Positions 31,347 through 40,994 of a DNA stretch of 64,000 nucleotides are shown here, one piece after another; within the stretch, counting starts at the first letter, position 1, and each line of letters opens with the position of its first letter. This DNA comes from an uncultured Spirochaetota bacterium (GTDB taxonomy: Bacteria; Spirochaetota; Brevinematia; Brevinematales; JAOACQ01), in contig CAWIGG010000004.1 in assembly GCA_963835575.1 (NCBI GenBank), positions 640,001 to 704,000 of the forward strand. The letters run 5' to 3'. The notes below the pieces were generated by a model. It had not been told where the DNA came from. It did not search any database and worked only from the letters and a program-made list of their open reading frames with translations. The position numbers and the translations under genes were made by a program.

Positions 31347-33021
31347 TTGCCTGTCGGTTTTTATAACATGCTTCATGGACATACGGCAGGGTTCCCGTTA
31401 AAATAAAACGGGAGAAAAAGATGGCAAGATTTGAAAAGAACAGCCTGGAGCAGGGTGAGTTCCTCGCGATCAATATAGGCGAGCAGTTTGATGAGAATTC
31501 CAGAGAATTTATACTAAAAGAATTCATCAAAAACCGTATTAAACTGGAGGATTTCGCGGCTTACTATAAGAACGACCATAGAGGCAGAGAGATTAAAAAT
31601 CCTCGGGATGTGATCTGTGCGGTACTCTACGGTTACATTACGGGAAATCGTATCAGCCGAAAGATAGAAGATTTGCTGAAAAAACACATTGGGTTTATGT
31701 ATGTTTCAAACCGGCTGAAAATTGACCATTCGGTAATTTGCGAGTTCAAGGTACTTTTTCAGGAAAAGATCGAGGAGTTGTTCAGCCAGCTTTTATATAT
31801 ACTCAACGAAATGGGGTCTATAGATTGGGACATGGTAGTGGGTGACGGCACAAAGATCAAGGCCTACGCGAGTAAGAATAAGAATGTGGGAAAGAAACAT
31901 ACCCGGAAGCTGATGGACACTTACCAGAAGATGGCGGAAAAGATTGTGAAACAAGACCTGGAACTGGAAGAATCTTACCGGGAAGGCAAGCTGGAGCAGC
32001 CTTATTACGAAGCGGAGAAGAAGCGGGTATCAAGGCGGAAAAAGATTTACGATAGTGTTTTGAACCAAATCGATGAATACAAAAAACAGGTAGAGAGAGG
32101 GGAAAAGACAGACGAAGAATTCACCAACCTGACTGATCCCGAAAGCAAGCTGATGTCTGGAAATCCGCATAGTGTGTTTATACAGGGATATAATTCGGCG
32201 ATGATGGTCAGTAATAATGATGTGATTATAGATTTTGAAGCAATCACAACACCGGAAAAACAGCATACGGAAGAAATGGTAAAGAGGGTGGAACAGAAAA
32301 AAGCGGAATTAAAAGTTGATAAGGCTAGCAAATACCTTTTTGATTCGGGTTTTCAGGACATGGAAGAGACAATCCGGATGGTGGAGGAAGGAAAAGACCT
32401 TTATGTGGATACGAAAGAGCGGGATTTCAGTGATAAATCACAGAAGCGAAGAGACTTTAAACTGGAAAAGATTGATGACGAATATATCCTGGGATGCCGG
32501 GGCGGCCGTAAGGAAAATGGGTATTTAGATCGAAATAACCAAAGATATACATTTTTGTATTCACGGAAGGGCTGTGAAAGATGTCCATTTTTCAGTGAGT
32601 GTTATAAAAACATCAAACCGAAAACACAGCAAAAGACAGTAATTTTCAGTGAGTTTGAATTGAATAATCGGTCTAAGATTGATGCTTATTTAACAAAACT
32701 TTACAGCGAAGAAGGGCAAAAGATATACAACCGCAGGATAGGTAAAGAACACGTATTTTCAAACATCAAAACACAGAAGGGTTATGTTCAGACAGTTTAC
32801 AGAGGTCAACGGAAAGTGAATTTGGAGCTATGCTGGGTATCCCTTGCGCATAATTTTATGAAATATGCCCAATATTTGAGAAAATAGAGAGGATTTTGTA
32901 TAGTCTGAGTATCGATTATTCGAAATTTATTATTAAAATCAGCTAAGCTGACAAAATTTTTATTTGCCCGCTTATTGTAAGGGGCTGGTTTGACTCCGAA
33001 AATGAAATAACCGACAGGCAA
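31347..33021 (+). mobile_element. IS1182-family insertion sequence, 1675 bp
   Basis: 13-bp terminal inverted repeats TTGCCTGTCGGTT / AACCGACAGGCAA; 4-bp target duplication GCTC at 31343-31346 and 33022-33025. Confidence 0.9.
31421..32887 (+). CDS. IS1182-family transposase
   Basis: LYGY..G..SRKIE, DHSVICEF, DGTKIKAYAS, TDPESKLM, QGYN, DSGF, EHVFSNIK. Confidence 0.9.
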   Translation: MARFEKNSLEQGEFLAINIGEQFDENSREFILKEFIKNRIKLEDFAAYYKNDHRGREIKNPRDVICAVLYGYITGNRISRKIEDLLKKHIGFMYVSNRLKIDHSVICEFKVLFQEKIEELFSQLLYILNEMGSIDWDMVVGDGTKIKAYASKNKNVGKKHTRKLMDTYQKMAEKIVKQDLELEESYREGKLEQPYYEAEKKRVSRRKKIYDSVLNQIDEYKKQVERGEKTDEEFTNLTDPESKLMSGNPHSVFIQGYNSAMMVSNNDVIIDFEAITTPEKQHTEEMVKRVEQKKAELKVDKASKYLFDSGFQDMEETIRMVEEGKDLYVDTKERDFSDKSQKRRDFKLEKIDDEYILGCRGGRKENGYLDRNNQRYTFLYSRKGCERCPFFSECYKNIKPKTQQKTVIFSEFELNNRSKIDAYLTKLYSEEGQKIYNRRIGKEHVFSNIKTQKGYVQTVYRGQRKVNLELCWVSLAHNFMKYAQYLRK

Positions 33022-33260
33022 GCTCCGGAAGATAAAGCATTATTCATATGATTCGCAAGGCAGGGTAAACATCAGGTTGCAATTGCCGCGGCAACTGCTA
33101 TCAATTCTTTAAACTTCCTGTCTAACACTCCATGCTTATAATATCTTTTCATTAGCTCATTAAATCCAGCAAAAAGATCCGGTGCTTCTTTTTCCAGCCT
33201 GTCTCTATTTTTTGTTCTATTTATAAGGATTTCTTTGGCTTTTTCCATTTTTTACCTCCC

Positions 33261-33282
33261 ATATGTTTCACGTGAAACATAT
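33261..33282. promoter_or_regulatory. parS centromere-like site
   Basis: Core TGTTTCACGTGAAACA (33264-33279) equals the widespread bacterial parS consensus, inside a perfect 22-bp palindrome; parB lies about 2.9 kb away. Confidence 0.93.
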
Positions 33283-33822
33283 TTTAATTTTTTAGAACAT
33301 TATATCCTTTTAGACATTCTTTTATTAATTGCCTCATTATTTATTTCAACATATTCACAGCCGGGACTTCTGCCACATTTCTGGCATACATTGTTATATG
33401 CAGAATTAATTGTACGGCACTCCGGACAGGAATAATGCTCTATCGTTTTTTTAAACCATTTTTTATACCCTGCCTTTTTTATCGTTTCCTGAAATTTCCA
33501 TAATTCAATCCTATGGGGATAAAGCGATTGAAATTTAATTAAATCTTCACAGGGATATTCAACACATTCAACACAAAAATCCAATCCTTTTTCTGCAACG
33601 CATTTCTTCATTTTACATGTGTGTTTTACAATAGTTTATAATTACACTGGAACGGCAGACATTACAACTTATTTCTTCAACAGGTTTATTAAAGTTACTG
33701 GCAATTACTTTTAATCTCTCAGGATCTTCATCTGAAGCTATATAGATAGAACATGACGGACAAAAAGCCCATAAACAGCAGAAACCTTTAAATCCGGCTT
33801 TAAATTTGTTTTATTTACATTA

Positions 33823-35119
33823 GAAGACCTTTGCATAATTGACTAATCCCCTGCTATCCGTCCCGGATAAAAAATTTAAATTCAGATTTAGCATAGAATT
33901 TGATGATTTCTATCACCGTTAACCCGAAACATTAAGGATTTCCAGGTGTTTTTCAGCTTTATCCCGCTGAAAAAGGGCTTTTGGGCGCAGTTCACCCTAT
34001 ACCTCAAAACATATTCTTGCCGCTTTTTTTAAATTTAATGCCATTGCTTTTAAATAAAACTCCATTTCTCCTTTCTCGCATCCCAGATAACGCATTCTCT
34101 TAAAACCGTAGTGTTGTTTGAGTATGCCGGTTGTCTGTTCTACAATATAGCGAAACCCGCTGATTAAACGATTGAATATCTTCTCTCGTTCTGTCAAAGC
34201 CCAGCCTCGAGCCGCTTTTCTCATAATCCTGCTTTTCATCTTTTTTTCTTTAAGCATGTCCCGATTTTCCTGGCTTGCATATCCTTTATCTGCTGCTACT
34301 GATGATTTTTCCTTTAATCCAATTTCTTCTACAACCTGTTTTATTTCGTTCATGTCTGAAATATTCGCGCTTGTTACATGACCTCCAAGAATAAATCCGT
34401 TCTGATCGTCTACCGCCATATGCAACTTATAACCATAAACAACTTTTTTCCCCTTGACCAGCCATTTCGCGTCTGTGTCATCAGAGTAAGTTATATTTGG
34501 ATTGGAAGCTTCTGCTTTTTCTTCCTCTTTGCGATCTAGAGGAATACTTTCCGTTTCCACTACCTTTCGCGGTCGTCTTGCCGACTCTATCACTGTAGCG
34601 TCTACAATCGCACCCTTTTTAATTAGTAACTCTTGTTCCTCTAACTGGCGATTGATTTCGTTAAAGAGCTTTTCGTAAACTCCCAATTCCTTCAATTCAT
34701 TTCGAAACCTGCAAATTGTACTGTGATCAGGCACATCACTTGCAAGCGATAAGCCTACAAAGCGTGACGCTGGTATCCAGTTGAGCAGATATTCTTCTGT
34801 CACAGGGTCTGAGAGATCATACCATGTCTGTAAAAGTAGAACTTTAAACATCACAAGACTCGGATAAGCAGGGCTCCCTACCGCATTAAAGTACTTCTTG
34901 TATTTCTTACGGATTATCTTCTCGATTTTTGTCCAGTCGATCAGTATTAATACTTGGTCTAAAAATGTGATGCCTTTCTGCTTTCGGGAATTGATCTCAT
35001 AATCTGCCCAACCGTCAGGCTTTGTTTTTATCGCCATATTAACCTCTCCCCTAACAGTATATTATGGCATATATTGAAATTATACACTCCTTTTTATCAA
35101 TTTACCGTGCAAAGGTCTC
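33823..35119 (-). mobile_element. IS5-family insertion sequence, about 1.3 kb
   Basis: Ends GAAGACCTTTGCA (from 33823) and TGCAAAGGTCTC (to 35119); flanking direct repeat CATTA at 33818-33822 and 35120-35124. Confidence 0.85.
33997..35037 (-). CDS. IS5-family transposase
   Basis: LLLQTWYDLSD, VPDHSTICRFR, IVDAT, GYKLHMAVD, ADKGY, RYIVEQ. Confidence 0.93.
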   Translation of the reverse strand: MAIKTKPDGWADYEINSRKQKGITFLDQVLILIDWTKIEKIIRKKYKKYFNAVGSPAYPSLVMFKVLLLQTWYDLSDPVTEEYLLNWIPASRFVGLSLASDVPDHSTICRFRNELKELGVYEKLFNEINRQLEEQELLIKKGAIVDATVIESARRPRKVVETESIPLDRKEEEKAEASNPNITYSDDTDAKWLVKGKKVVYGYKLHMAVDDQNGFILGGHVTSANISDMNEIKQVVEEIGLKEKSSVAADKGYASQENRDMLKEKKMKSRIMRKAARGWALTEREKIFNRLISGFRYIVEQTTGILKQHYGFKRMRYLGCEKGEMEFYLKAMALNLKKAARICFEV

Positions 35120-35333
35120 CATTATTATGTTCCTCCAATAAAAATTTAAGTCATCTTAAATGGAAATAATTAATTCTGAACAAAATCAACAACTTTAATT
35201 TAAAGATAAAAAATCTGCCATGAAGTTATTAACCGCTCAATTTTGACAGACAATAAAAGATAAATAAAGGTCTATAAAAATAAAAGGCGGTTCCGAAAAC
35301 TATGGGTTTTGGGAACTACCTTTGAATAATTTT

Positions 35334-35843
35334 TTATATTTTTAAATCTTCTATGCGGGCTATAAAATTCTGCATTACAGGTTCAAAACCAAGTGAACGC
35401 CAGGTTTTTTCTGCCTCATAATTATTGATGACTGTGTCCAGCGTAAATAGGTTAATATTTTTTTCCTTATAATATTCGACAATATCTTTTAATAAAGATT
35501 TACAAATACCCGAGTTTCTATACGCATAATCAACCCAGACACCATCTATTTGAACAGAAAGAGGAGTTGTAAAATATTCATGCCGGTTTAACCGGGCCGC
35601 CATCATTCCAATGCTTTGATTTGATAAAACATCTTTTACAATTAATATTTTAATATTATTATCATTTAATAGAATTTCATAATCCCTTTGCAAAAGGTCT
35701 TTAAGATCATCTTTGTATCGTAAAGTTTTACTATTAGCTGTGTCCATATGCTTCTGTAATAATATCCGCATCCGGATTAATTCCGGAATATCATTAAATT
35801 CCGCATTTTTTATTATATATTGGATTTCATTTTTCTGCTTCAT
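35334..35843 (-). CDS. GNAT-family N-acetyltransferase
   Basis: VWVDYAYRNSGICKSLL (motif A); NYEAEKTWRSLGF. Confidence 0.87.
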   Translation of the reverse strand: MKQKNEIQYIIKNAEFNDIPELIRMRILLQKHMDTANSKTLRYKDDLKDLLQRDYEILLNDNNIKILIVKDVLSNQSIGMMAARLNRHEYFTTPLSVQIDGVWVDYAYRNSGICKSLLKDIVEYYKEKNINLFTLDTVINNYEAEKTWRSLGFEPVMQNFIARIEDLKI

Positions 35844-35966
35844 TACTATCCTCCAAAATAATATATATGATATTGATTTTATTACTTAATCTTAGAGATT
35901 ACAAACATATTAAATTTAAAAACGGACAAATTTAGTAATTAATTTCTAAGCCCATTAAAACCAGTA

Positions 35967-35998
35967 ATAACTTATTTGCTTACAAGCAAATAAGTTAT
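35967..35998. repeat. Perfect 15-bp inverted repeat
   Basis: ATAACTTATTTGCTT-ac-AAGCAAATAAGTTAT. Confidence 0.85.
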
Positions 35999-36151
35999 AT
36001 CATCTTTTTCCCGGAAATATTTATAGTATAATATTGAAATTAACCAATATTATCTCCCATCTCTTTATCCTATTTACACATGTCCGGCAAAGCAAAACAG
36101 TAAGATATAATAATAGAAAAGCATCATTTTAATAAGAGTGTGTTTATGATT

Positions 36152-37012
36152 TTATTTTTTTTCAGAAATGAAGCGGAAAATATTTTCCAGTTCATTTTTA
36201 GAAAAGTAATGAATTTCAATCTTTCCTTTATTCTTAGTTCCTTTTATTTCTACCTTCGCGCCTATGGCTTTAATAAACCGTTCCTGAATATCCTCAATTC
36301 CTGTATCTTTTTTCTTAACTTTCTCCTGTGCTGCCGTTTTTTCCGGCTTTTTCCCAAAAGTCTTCCCTTCTTTTTCAGCTTCCCTGACCGAAAGCCCTTC
36401 TTCAATTATATAACTTGTAAAATCAATAATCTTATCCAAATCCTCAATCGTTAATATTGCGCGCGCATGGCCTTCCGTCAGTTCGCCAGAAACAATTTTA
36501 TCCCTGACATATTCGGGCAGTTTAAGGAGCCTGAGAGTATTTGTCACAGAACTTCTGTCTTTACCGATCTTCCTGGCAAACTCATCCTGACTTATATTAA
36601 GTCTTTCAATAATCTCATTAAATGCTTCTGCCTTTTCAACAGGATTTAGATCTTCCCTCTGGATATTTTCTATTAATGCTATTTCGAGACGGTCCTCATC
36701 AGGAAAGTCTTTGATTATAACCGGCATTTCGATCAATCCCGCCATCTTTGAAGCACGCCATCGCCTTTCACCGGCAACAAGCTCATATCTTCCGTCTCCC
36801 AGTTCAGTCACGATGATCGGCTGTATGACTCCTTTTTCACGGATAGAATCCGCCAGTTCCCTAAGGGCTTCTTCATCAAACTTTTTTCTCGGCTGGTACC
36901 TGTTCGGCATGATTTTATTGATATCAATTTTATTGATATCTCTATTATCCTCTTTTATGCCTTCCTGATCATCCAGAAGGGCCATCATTCCTTTACCTAA
37001 TCCATGCTTCAT
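36152..37012 (-). CDS. parB: Chromosome partitioning protein ParB/Spo0J
   Basis: GLGKG, QPRK, GVIQPI, AGERRWRA, ENIQREDLN, HTH region. Confidence 0.97.
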   Translation of the reverse strand: MKHGLGKGMMALLDDQEGIKEDNRDINKIDINKIMPNRYQPRKKFDEEALRELADSIREKGVIQPIIVTELGDGRYELVAGERRWRASKMAGLIEMPVIIKDFPDEDRLEIALIENIQREDLNPVEKAEAFNEIIERLNISQDEFARKIGKDRSSVTNTLRLLKLPEYVRDKIVSGELTEGHARAILTIEDLDKIIDFTSYIIEEGLSVREAEKEGKTFGKKPEKTAAQEKVKKKDTGIEDIQERFIKAIGAKVEIKGTKNKGKIEIHYFSKNELENIFRFISEKK

Positions 37013-37015
37013 ATT

Positions 37016-37786
37016 TTACATCCCGTTCTTTTTTAAAAATTCTCTGCCAAATTCCATGTATGCTTCTGAGCCCTGACTTTTCGAATCATATTCAAATATT
37101 GAAATACCATGGCTTGGAGCTTCACTCAGACGAACATTCCTTGGAATGATAGTCTCATAAACTTTTTCTTTAAAATAGTTTTTAACTTCTTCCGTAACCT
37201 GTTTGGAAAGATTTGTTCTTGAATCATACATCGTTATAAGAACCCCTTCCACAGCGAGGTTTTTATTAGGACCGCTTTTTACCAGTTTAATAGCTTTCAG
37301 CAGTTGAGCAAGACCTTCCATCGCATAAAACTCGCTCTGCATTGGAATGAGCACGCTTTCTGCAGCTACCAGACCGTTTAATGTAAAAAGGCCCAAAGAC
37401 GGAGGAGTATCTATGAGTATAAAATCAAATTCATTTTTTACCGTTGCTAATGCTTCTTTCAGTATAAATTCTTTTCTCGGCGCATTGATCAGTTCAACCT
37501 GGGCTCCGGCTAAATCCAGAGTTACCGGAACAATTTTTAATTTAAGATATTTCGTGCCGACAATAACATCTTTAATTTTTTTCTGGCCCAGCAGGACTTC
37601 ATAAATACCGTTTCCATTCCTTTCCTGGATATCAACTCCCAGACCGCTGCAAGAATTCCCTTGCGGATCAATATCCACTAATAATGTATTTTTTCCCTCA
37701 CGGGATAAAAATGTTGCCAAATTAACGGCGGTAGTGGTCTTTCCAACCCCTCCCTTCTGATTCGCTATCGCGACAATCCTGGCCAT
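37016..37786 (-). CDS. parA: Chromosome partitioning ATPase ParA/Soj
   Basis: ANQKGGVGKTT, DIDPQGN, DTPPSLG, IPRNVRLSEAPS. Start placed at ATG 37786 after GGAGG. Confidence 0.97.
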   Translation of the reverse strand: MARIVAIANQKGGVGKTTTAVNLATFLSREGKNTLLVDIDPQGNSCSGLGVDIQERNGNGIYEVLLGQKKIKDVIVGTKYLKLKIVPVTLDLAGAQVELINAPRKEFILKEALATVKNEFDFILIDTPPSLGLFTLNGLVAAESVLIPMQSEFYAMEGLAQLLKAIKLVKSGPNKNLAVEGVLITMYDSRTNLSKQVTEEVKNYFKEKVYETIIPRNVRLSEAPSHGISIFEYDSKSQGSEAYMEFGREFLKKNGM

Positions 37787-37875
37787 GTGTCCTCCGCGTT
37801 TTGAATAACCATTATTATAAATTATACGAGAAAGAAGATAAAAATTCAATAAAAGGACATGGATTAAAAAAGATG

Positions 37876-38790
37876 CCTAAACTGATCGATTCTTTTATTA
37901 ATTCAAAAAATCGGCCTGTTAAACGGGTGGGGTTTTAGAAATTTTAAGGAGTGAGATATTACCCATCCAATTTAAAGTACAAGACCCTTTAGAAAAGGTC
38001 CTTATTTGTTGAAATTTTAGTTTTGAGCGCAATACCCCCTTATCCGGTTTTTTAGCTTTAATAATTTATATTGGGACAACGAACAGGCATTTGTCCCAAA
38101 CTTTAAATAGTCCCAATTCGTCTATTACTTCATGCCGAAATTTCAATACAATTTTTCTGCTTCTTCTTACGATCTTTCCGGCTATGTCAATAAAAAGCCG
38201 TCTTACAGTGCCCGGATAACTGCCAATTGGTACGCTATCTGAAAGCGCGTCTTCCTGCATAGCAATTAATAAATTACGGGATATCAGCATCAGAAAATAG
38301 TATGCGGCATTTGAGATAAACCTTTTGAAAGGGAGTGTTTCAACCGCAAACTCCTTCACGCTTCGATTTACCAATTCATCCTTCGCCCTTAAGAGATAAA
38401 GTTCGATAATCTCTTTAGCCGGCAAATATTTTCCAGGTTCCGCATTTTCCAGCAAATCCTGATTATATAAATTTGTGTAAATTAAATTATCCGGTTTCGC
38501 AAAATCCAGAAGGTACTCATCTCCATTATTTGCCCTTTTACAGTAAATCGCCCGGCGGCCTTTGCTCCATTTCTCCCGTTTGTCTCTAAAATCACAATAT
38601 TCCCAGACATCGCCTTTTCTCTCAAAATTGCTCCAGCCTTGCGGAAGCTTGCGGATCAAATCCAGTTTGATGTCGTTGTACATTGTACCGCCGCAGATAT
38701 AGTAATGTCCGTTTTCTTCCATCCATTCATAGTATTTCTGATCATTGAACCCACTATCTGAAACAACAATAACCGGCACGTCTTTATTGA
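37876..38790 (-). mobile_element. IS1380-family remnant (3' half of the transposase and one end)
   Basis: Frame 38066 to about 38790 reads VIVVSDSGF...DELVNRSVKEF...LPFKRFISNAAYY...TVRRLFIDIAGKIVRRSR; the N-terminal half is absent. The terminus near 37876 (CCTAAACTGATC) is tentative. Confidence 0.7.
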
Positions 38791-39872
38791 AGGTCTTTAT
38801 TAATGATGTCAATCCATTCTTTTGCTTTACCGGTATAAATTCCATCCGGGTGTTTTTCCTGAAGATCTTTAAAAAGTTTAATTGCTTCCTGTTTTTTCTT
38901 CCATTCATAAAAAAGAACAGCTTTATTATAAAGAGCTTCTTCATCACTATTTGTCATGGAATTTTGTAATGCTTTATCCAGGAATAGAGCGGCATTTTTA
39001 TAGTCCTTATTTATTGCATATATATCTGCAATCTTGATCAGCCCTTGATCTGCTGCAGGGTCTTGAGGAAATATGTTTATAATATTTAAAAAATATTGAA
39101 TCGCTTTTTGATACTCTTTGCTTTTTTTTAAAACCTCGGCGTAAAAAAAAGACTGCTTGATAAAAGCACTTTTCATTCTTTCATATCTTTCAGTTTTAGG
39201 GTAAGCGTTAAAATAATTCAAATACTCCTGTATAGCCTGCGGATAATAGCCCTGTTCAATATAAACCCTGGCCCTTCCTATCATGTCTTCTTCATCAGGG
39301 CCATTATTAAAATATGTGACTGCGTTAATATAATCTTTTTTATAAAAATACTGATATGCTAAATAGACTGCTAGAAAAGGCTTTTTACTATTATCTGCTT
39401 TTAAATAAGCGTCCTCAAGATAATTTAAAACAACAGGGTCATACTTTTCATATTCCTTTGAAATAGCGCCTAATAAAACAACAGCGTCGACAAAATCGGC
39501 GCTATCCCGGGGTGAGCCCGCGAAAATTTTCTGTAAAATTTGTCTGGCTTTATTATAATCTCTTTGATCATAAAACACCCCCGCTGTTATAGAAAGTACT
39601 TTGTATTGAAAATCGCTCTCAGGATAGTCAGTTAGGAAATCTGAGGATAAATCCAGCGTTTTCTGGTAATCCTTCATCTCATAAGCGGATTTAATTTTCT
39701 TGTATAGCTCTTCATCTCTTTTTCCGATTAATAATCCCGAATGATTTGAATATTTTATAAAAAGTTTTGAATTCAGCATGAAAAAAGATAAAACACCCAC
39801 CATTATCAAAAGAAGTATAAAACCCCAAAAAGCCAGCCACTTTTCTCCGCTATTCATCAGAACTACCCTCAT
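38784..39872 (-). CDS. Membrane-anchored TPR protein (BamD/CpoB-like repeats)
   Basis: N-terminal TM helix; repeated ...YP.S TPR units. Confidence 0.8.
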   Translation of the reverse strand: MRVVLMNSGEKWLAFWGFILLLIMVGVLSFFMLNSKLFIKYSNHSGLLIGKRDEELYKKIKSAYEMKDYQKTLDLSSDFLTDYPESDFQYKVLSITAGVFYDQRDYNKARQILQKIFAGSPRDSADFVDAVVLLGAISKEYEKYDPVVLNYLEDAYLKADNSKKPFLAVYLAYQYFYKKDYINAVTYFNNGPDEEDMIGRARVYIEQGYYPQAIQEYLNYFNAYPKTERYERMKSAFIKQSFFYAEVLKKSKEYQKAIQYFLNIINIFPQDPAADQGLIKIADIYAINKDYKNAALFLDKALQNSMTNSDEEALYNKAVLFYEWKKKQEAIKLFKDLQEKHPDGIYTGKAKEWIDIINKDLQ

Positions 39873-40675
39873 TTTTTAAACTTTTTCTGGAATTCTTCCA
39901 TTGAGATATTTGTTTTTGAAAGAACTTCCTTCTCAATTTTAATATTAATGTTTGTAAATCCAAAAATAACCGGTATAGTATTTTGATTTTTATCCGGTTT
40001 TATAATTTTAAAATCATTTGCAATTATTGTATAATAATATGGAATCCCATATTTTAGATCATCGTCTTCAATGTATAATTCATTGTTTACTTCCTTATAT
40101 GGCGCCATCTGAAATAAAAGTTGTTCGTCTGAAATAAGGTTTGTTGTTCTATACACTGAGAATTTAATGCTTTGGTCTGAATCTGCATTGTAATCCCAGA
40201 AAAGCATGACCTGTCCGGTGTTAGTTTTTATAAAAATATTATTAACTGCTGTATACCCTTCATTAATATTATCTTTATTGCTGATAATAATCGGGTTAAG
40301 CATATAATTGAGTTCCGGCCTGAGATCATCCTCTGAAAATTTAGTCGGCATAGGCAAAACTGCCAAATAAAATTCGCCCTCTTCTCCCTTAAGATCTAAA
40401 AAAAACAAAAATTTGTATATACTTTTTTCCTTCACTCCGTCATGGTTCGTAATAACAATCCTTAAAGAATTACTTAAAACAGACAGGTTATAAATGGGCA
40501 TTTTTTTATTTCTATAAATATTAAATATACCATGATTTGTATTTGCGTTCCATTCAATTTTTATTTTCCCGTCGCTTTTTGTCACTGTCAACTTTGTGGT
40601 ATACATATCTTCTGAATATAAATTAAAAAAAAATAGAAATAAAAAAATAACAGTAAGAATGACAGAAGCTTTCAT
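39869..40675 (-). CDS. Exported hypothetical protein with two fibronectin-III-like modules
   Basis: Signal peptide from ATG 40675; W...YR...D..L..G..YYY pattern, clearest in the second module. Confidence 0.6.
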   Translation of the reverse strand: MKASVILTVIFLFLFFFNLYSEDMYTTKLTVTKSDGKIKIEWNANTNHGIFNIYRNKKMPIYNLSVLSNSLRIVITNHDGVKEKSIYKFLFFLDLKGEEGEFYLAVLPMPTKFSEDDLRPELNYMLNPIIISNKDNINEGYTAVNNIFIKTNTGQVMLFWDYNADSDQSIKFSVYRTTNLISDEQLLFQMAPYKEVNNELYIEDDDLKYGIPYYYTIIANDFKIIKPDKNQNTIPVIFGFTNINIKIEKEVLSKTNISMEEFQKKFKK

Positions 40676-40936
40676 TAAAACCGCCTTTCCTTTATTATAA
40701 TATTTTCGGTATGAAGAAGTGTCTTCTAAAGGCAACCAGTCTATCTGGTCTGTGCGTAAAAAAGTGCGTGCCTATTGCGGAACCCGTTTCTTCAGTTTGC
40801 GGAACAACGCATAGAAAAAGATAAAAAAAATAAACCGGGGAAAGAAGCTCTAAAGATGGGAAAACAGGACACGAAAAGAACAGGTTACGTACAAAAAAAA
40901 ACATGCCAAACATACGACAGGCTAAAAACTTAAATC

Positions 40937-40965
40937 TTGATAAGTTTAAAAAGAAGAGTTACTAT
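40937..40965 (+). promoter_or_regulatory. Putative sigma-70 promoter of dgt
   Basis: TTGATA-17 bp-TACTAT, about 30 bp upstream of the ATG. Confidence 0.5.
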
Positions 40966-40994
40966 TATATACTAATAAATACAGGATATAAAAA

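Larger units (their letters stand above)
31231..33248 (-). pseudogene. Carboxymuconolactone decarboxylase/AhpD-like gene split by an IS, with an in-frame TGA
   Basis: 5' part 33248-33026 reads MEKAKEIL...KELIAVAAAIAT*CLPCLANH...; 3' part 31346-31231 reads GATKEEIIEAAAIGVEFGGGPS. Removing the IS and one copy of GCTC restores a 339-nt frame. Confidence 0.88.
33300..35122 (-). pseudogene. Cys-rich DUF3795-like gene, IS-disrupted and frameshifted
   Basis: RBS GGAGG and ATG at 35122, then the IS. The remainder reads KPDLKVSAVYGLF/CPSCSIY...CNVCRS...YCKT/CKMKKCVAEKGLDFCVECVEYPC...CPEC...CQKC, with frameshifts near 33764 and 33620. Confidence 0.75.

Noticed and set aside
31347..31530. N-terminus of the 99-aa ORF 31231-31530
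   Set aside because: It is antisense IS sequence read in frame into the AhpD-like 3' fragment.
33072..33074. In-frame TGA next to CxxC in the AhpD-like gene as selenocysteine
   Set aside because: It precedes the CLPC motif rather than replacing a Cys, at a position where Arg (CGA) is plausible, and the gene is already IS-disrupted; a nonsense mutation is simpler.
35283..35323. Imperfect hairpin downstream of the GNAT gene as a distinct element
   Set aside because: Position and shape fit an ordinary terminator-like stem; a single copy gives no further support.
38790..38947. N-terminal part of the 293-aa transposase ORF
   Set aside because: It is an alternative frame of the TPR gene's 3' end; transposase motifs begin only near 38790.
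40695..40913. 72-aa minus-strand ORF, or an ncRNA/DGR template, in the divergent gap
   Set aside because: No RBS, Phe-rich from A tracts, no recognisable RNA family, no matching variable repeat and no reverse transcriptase in the window.
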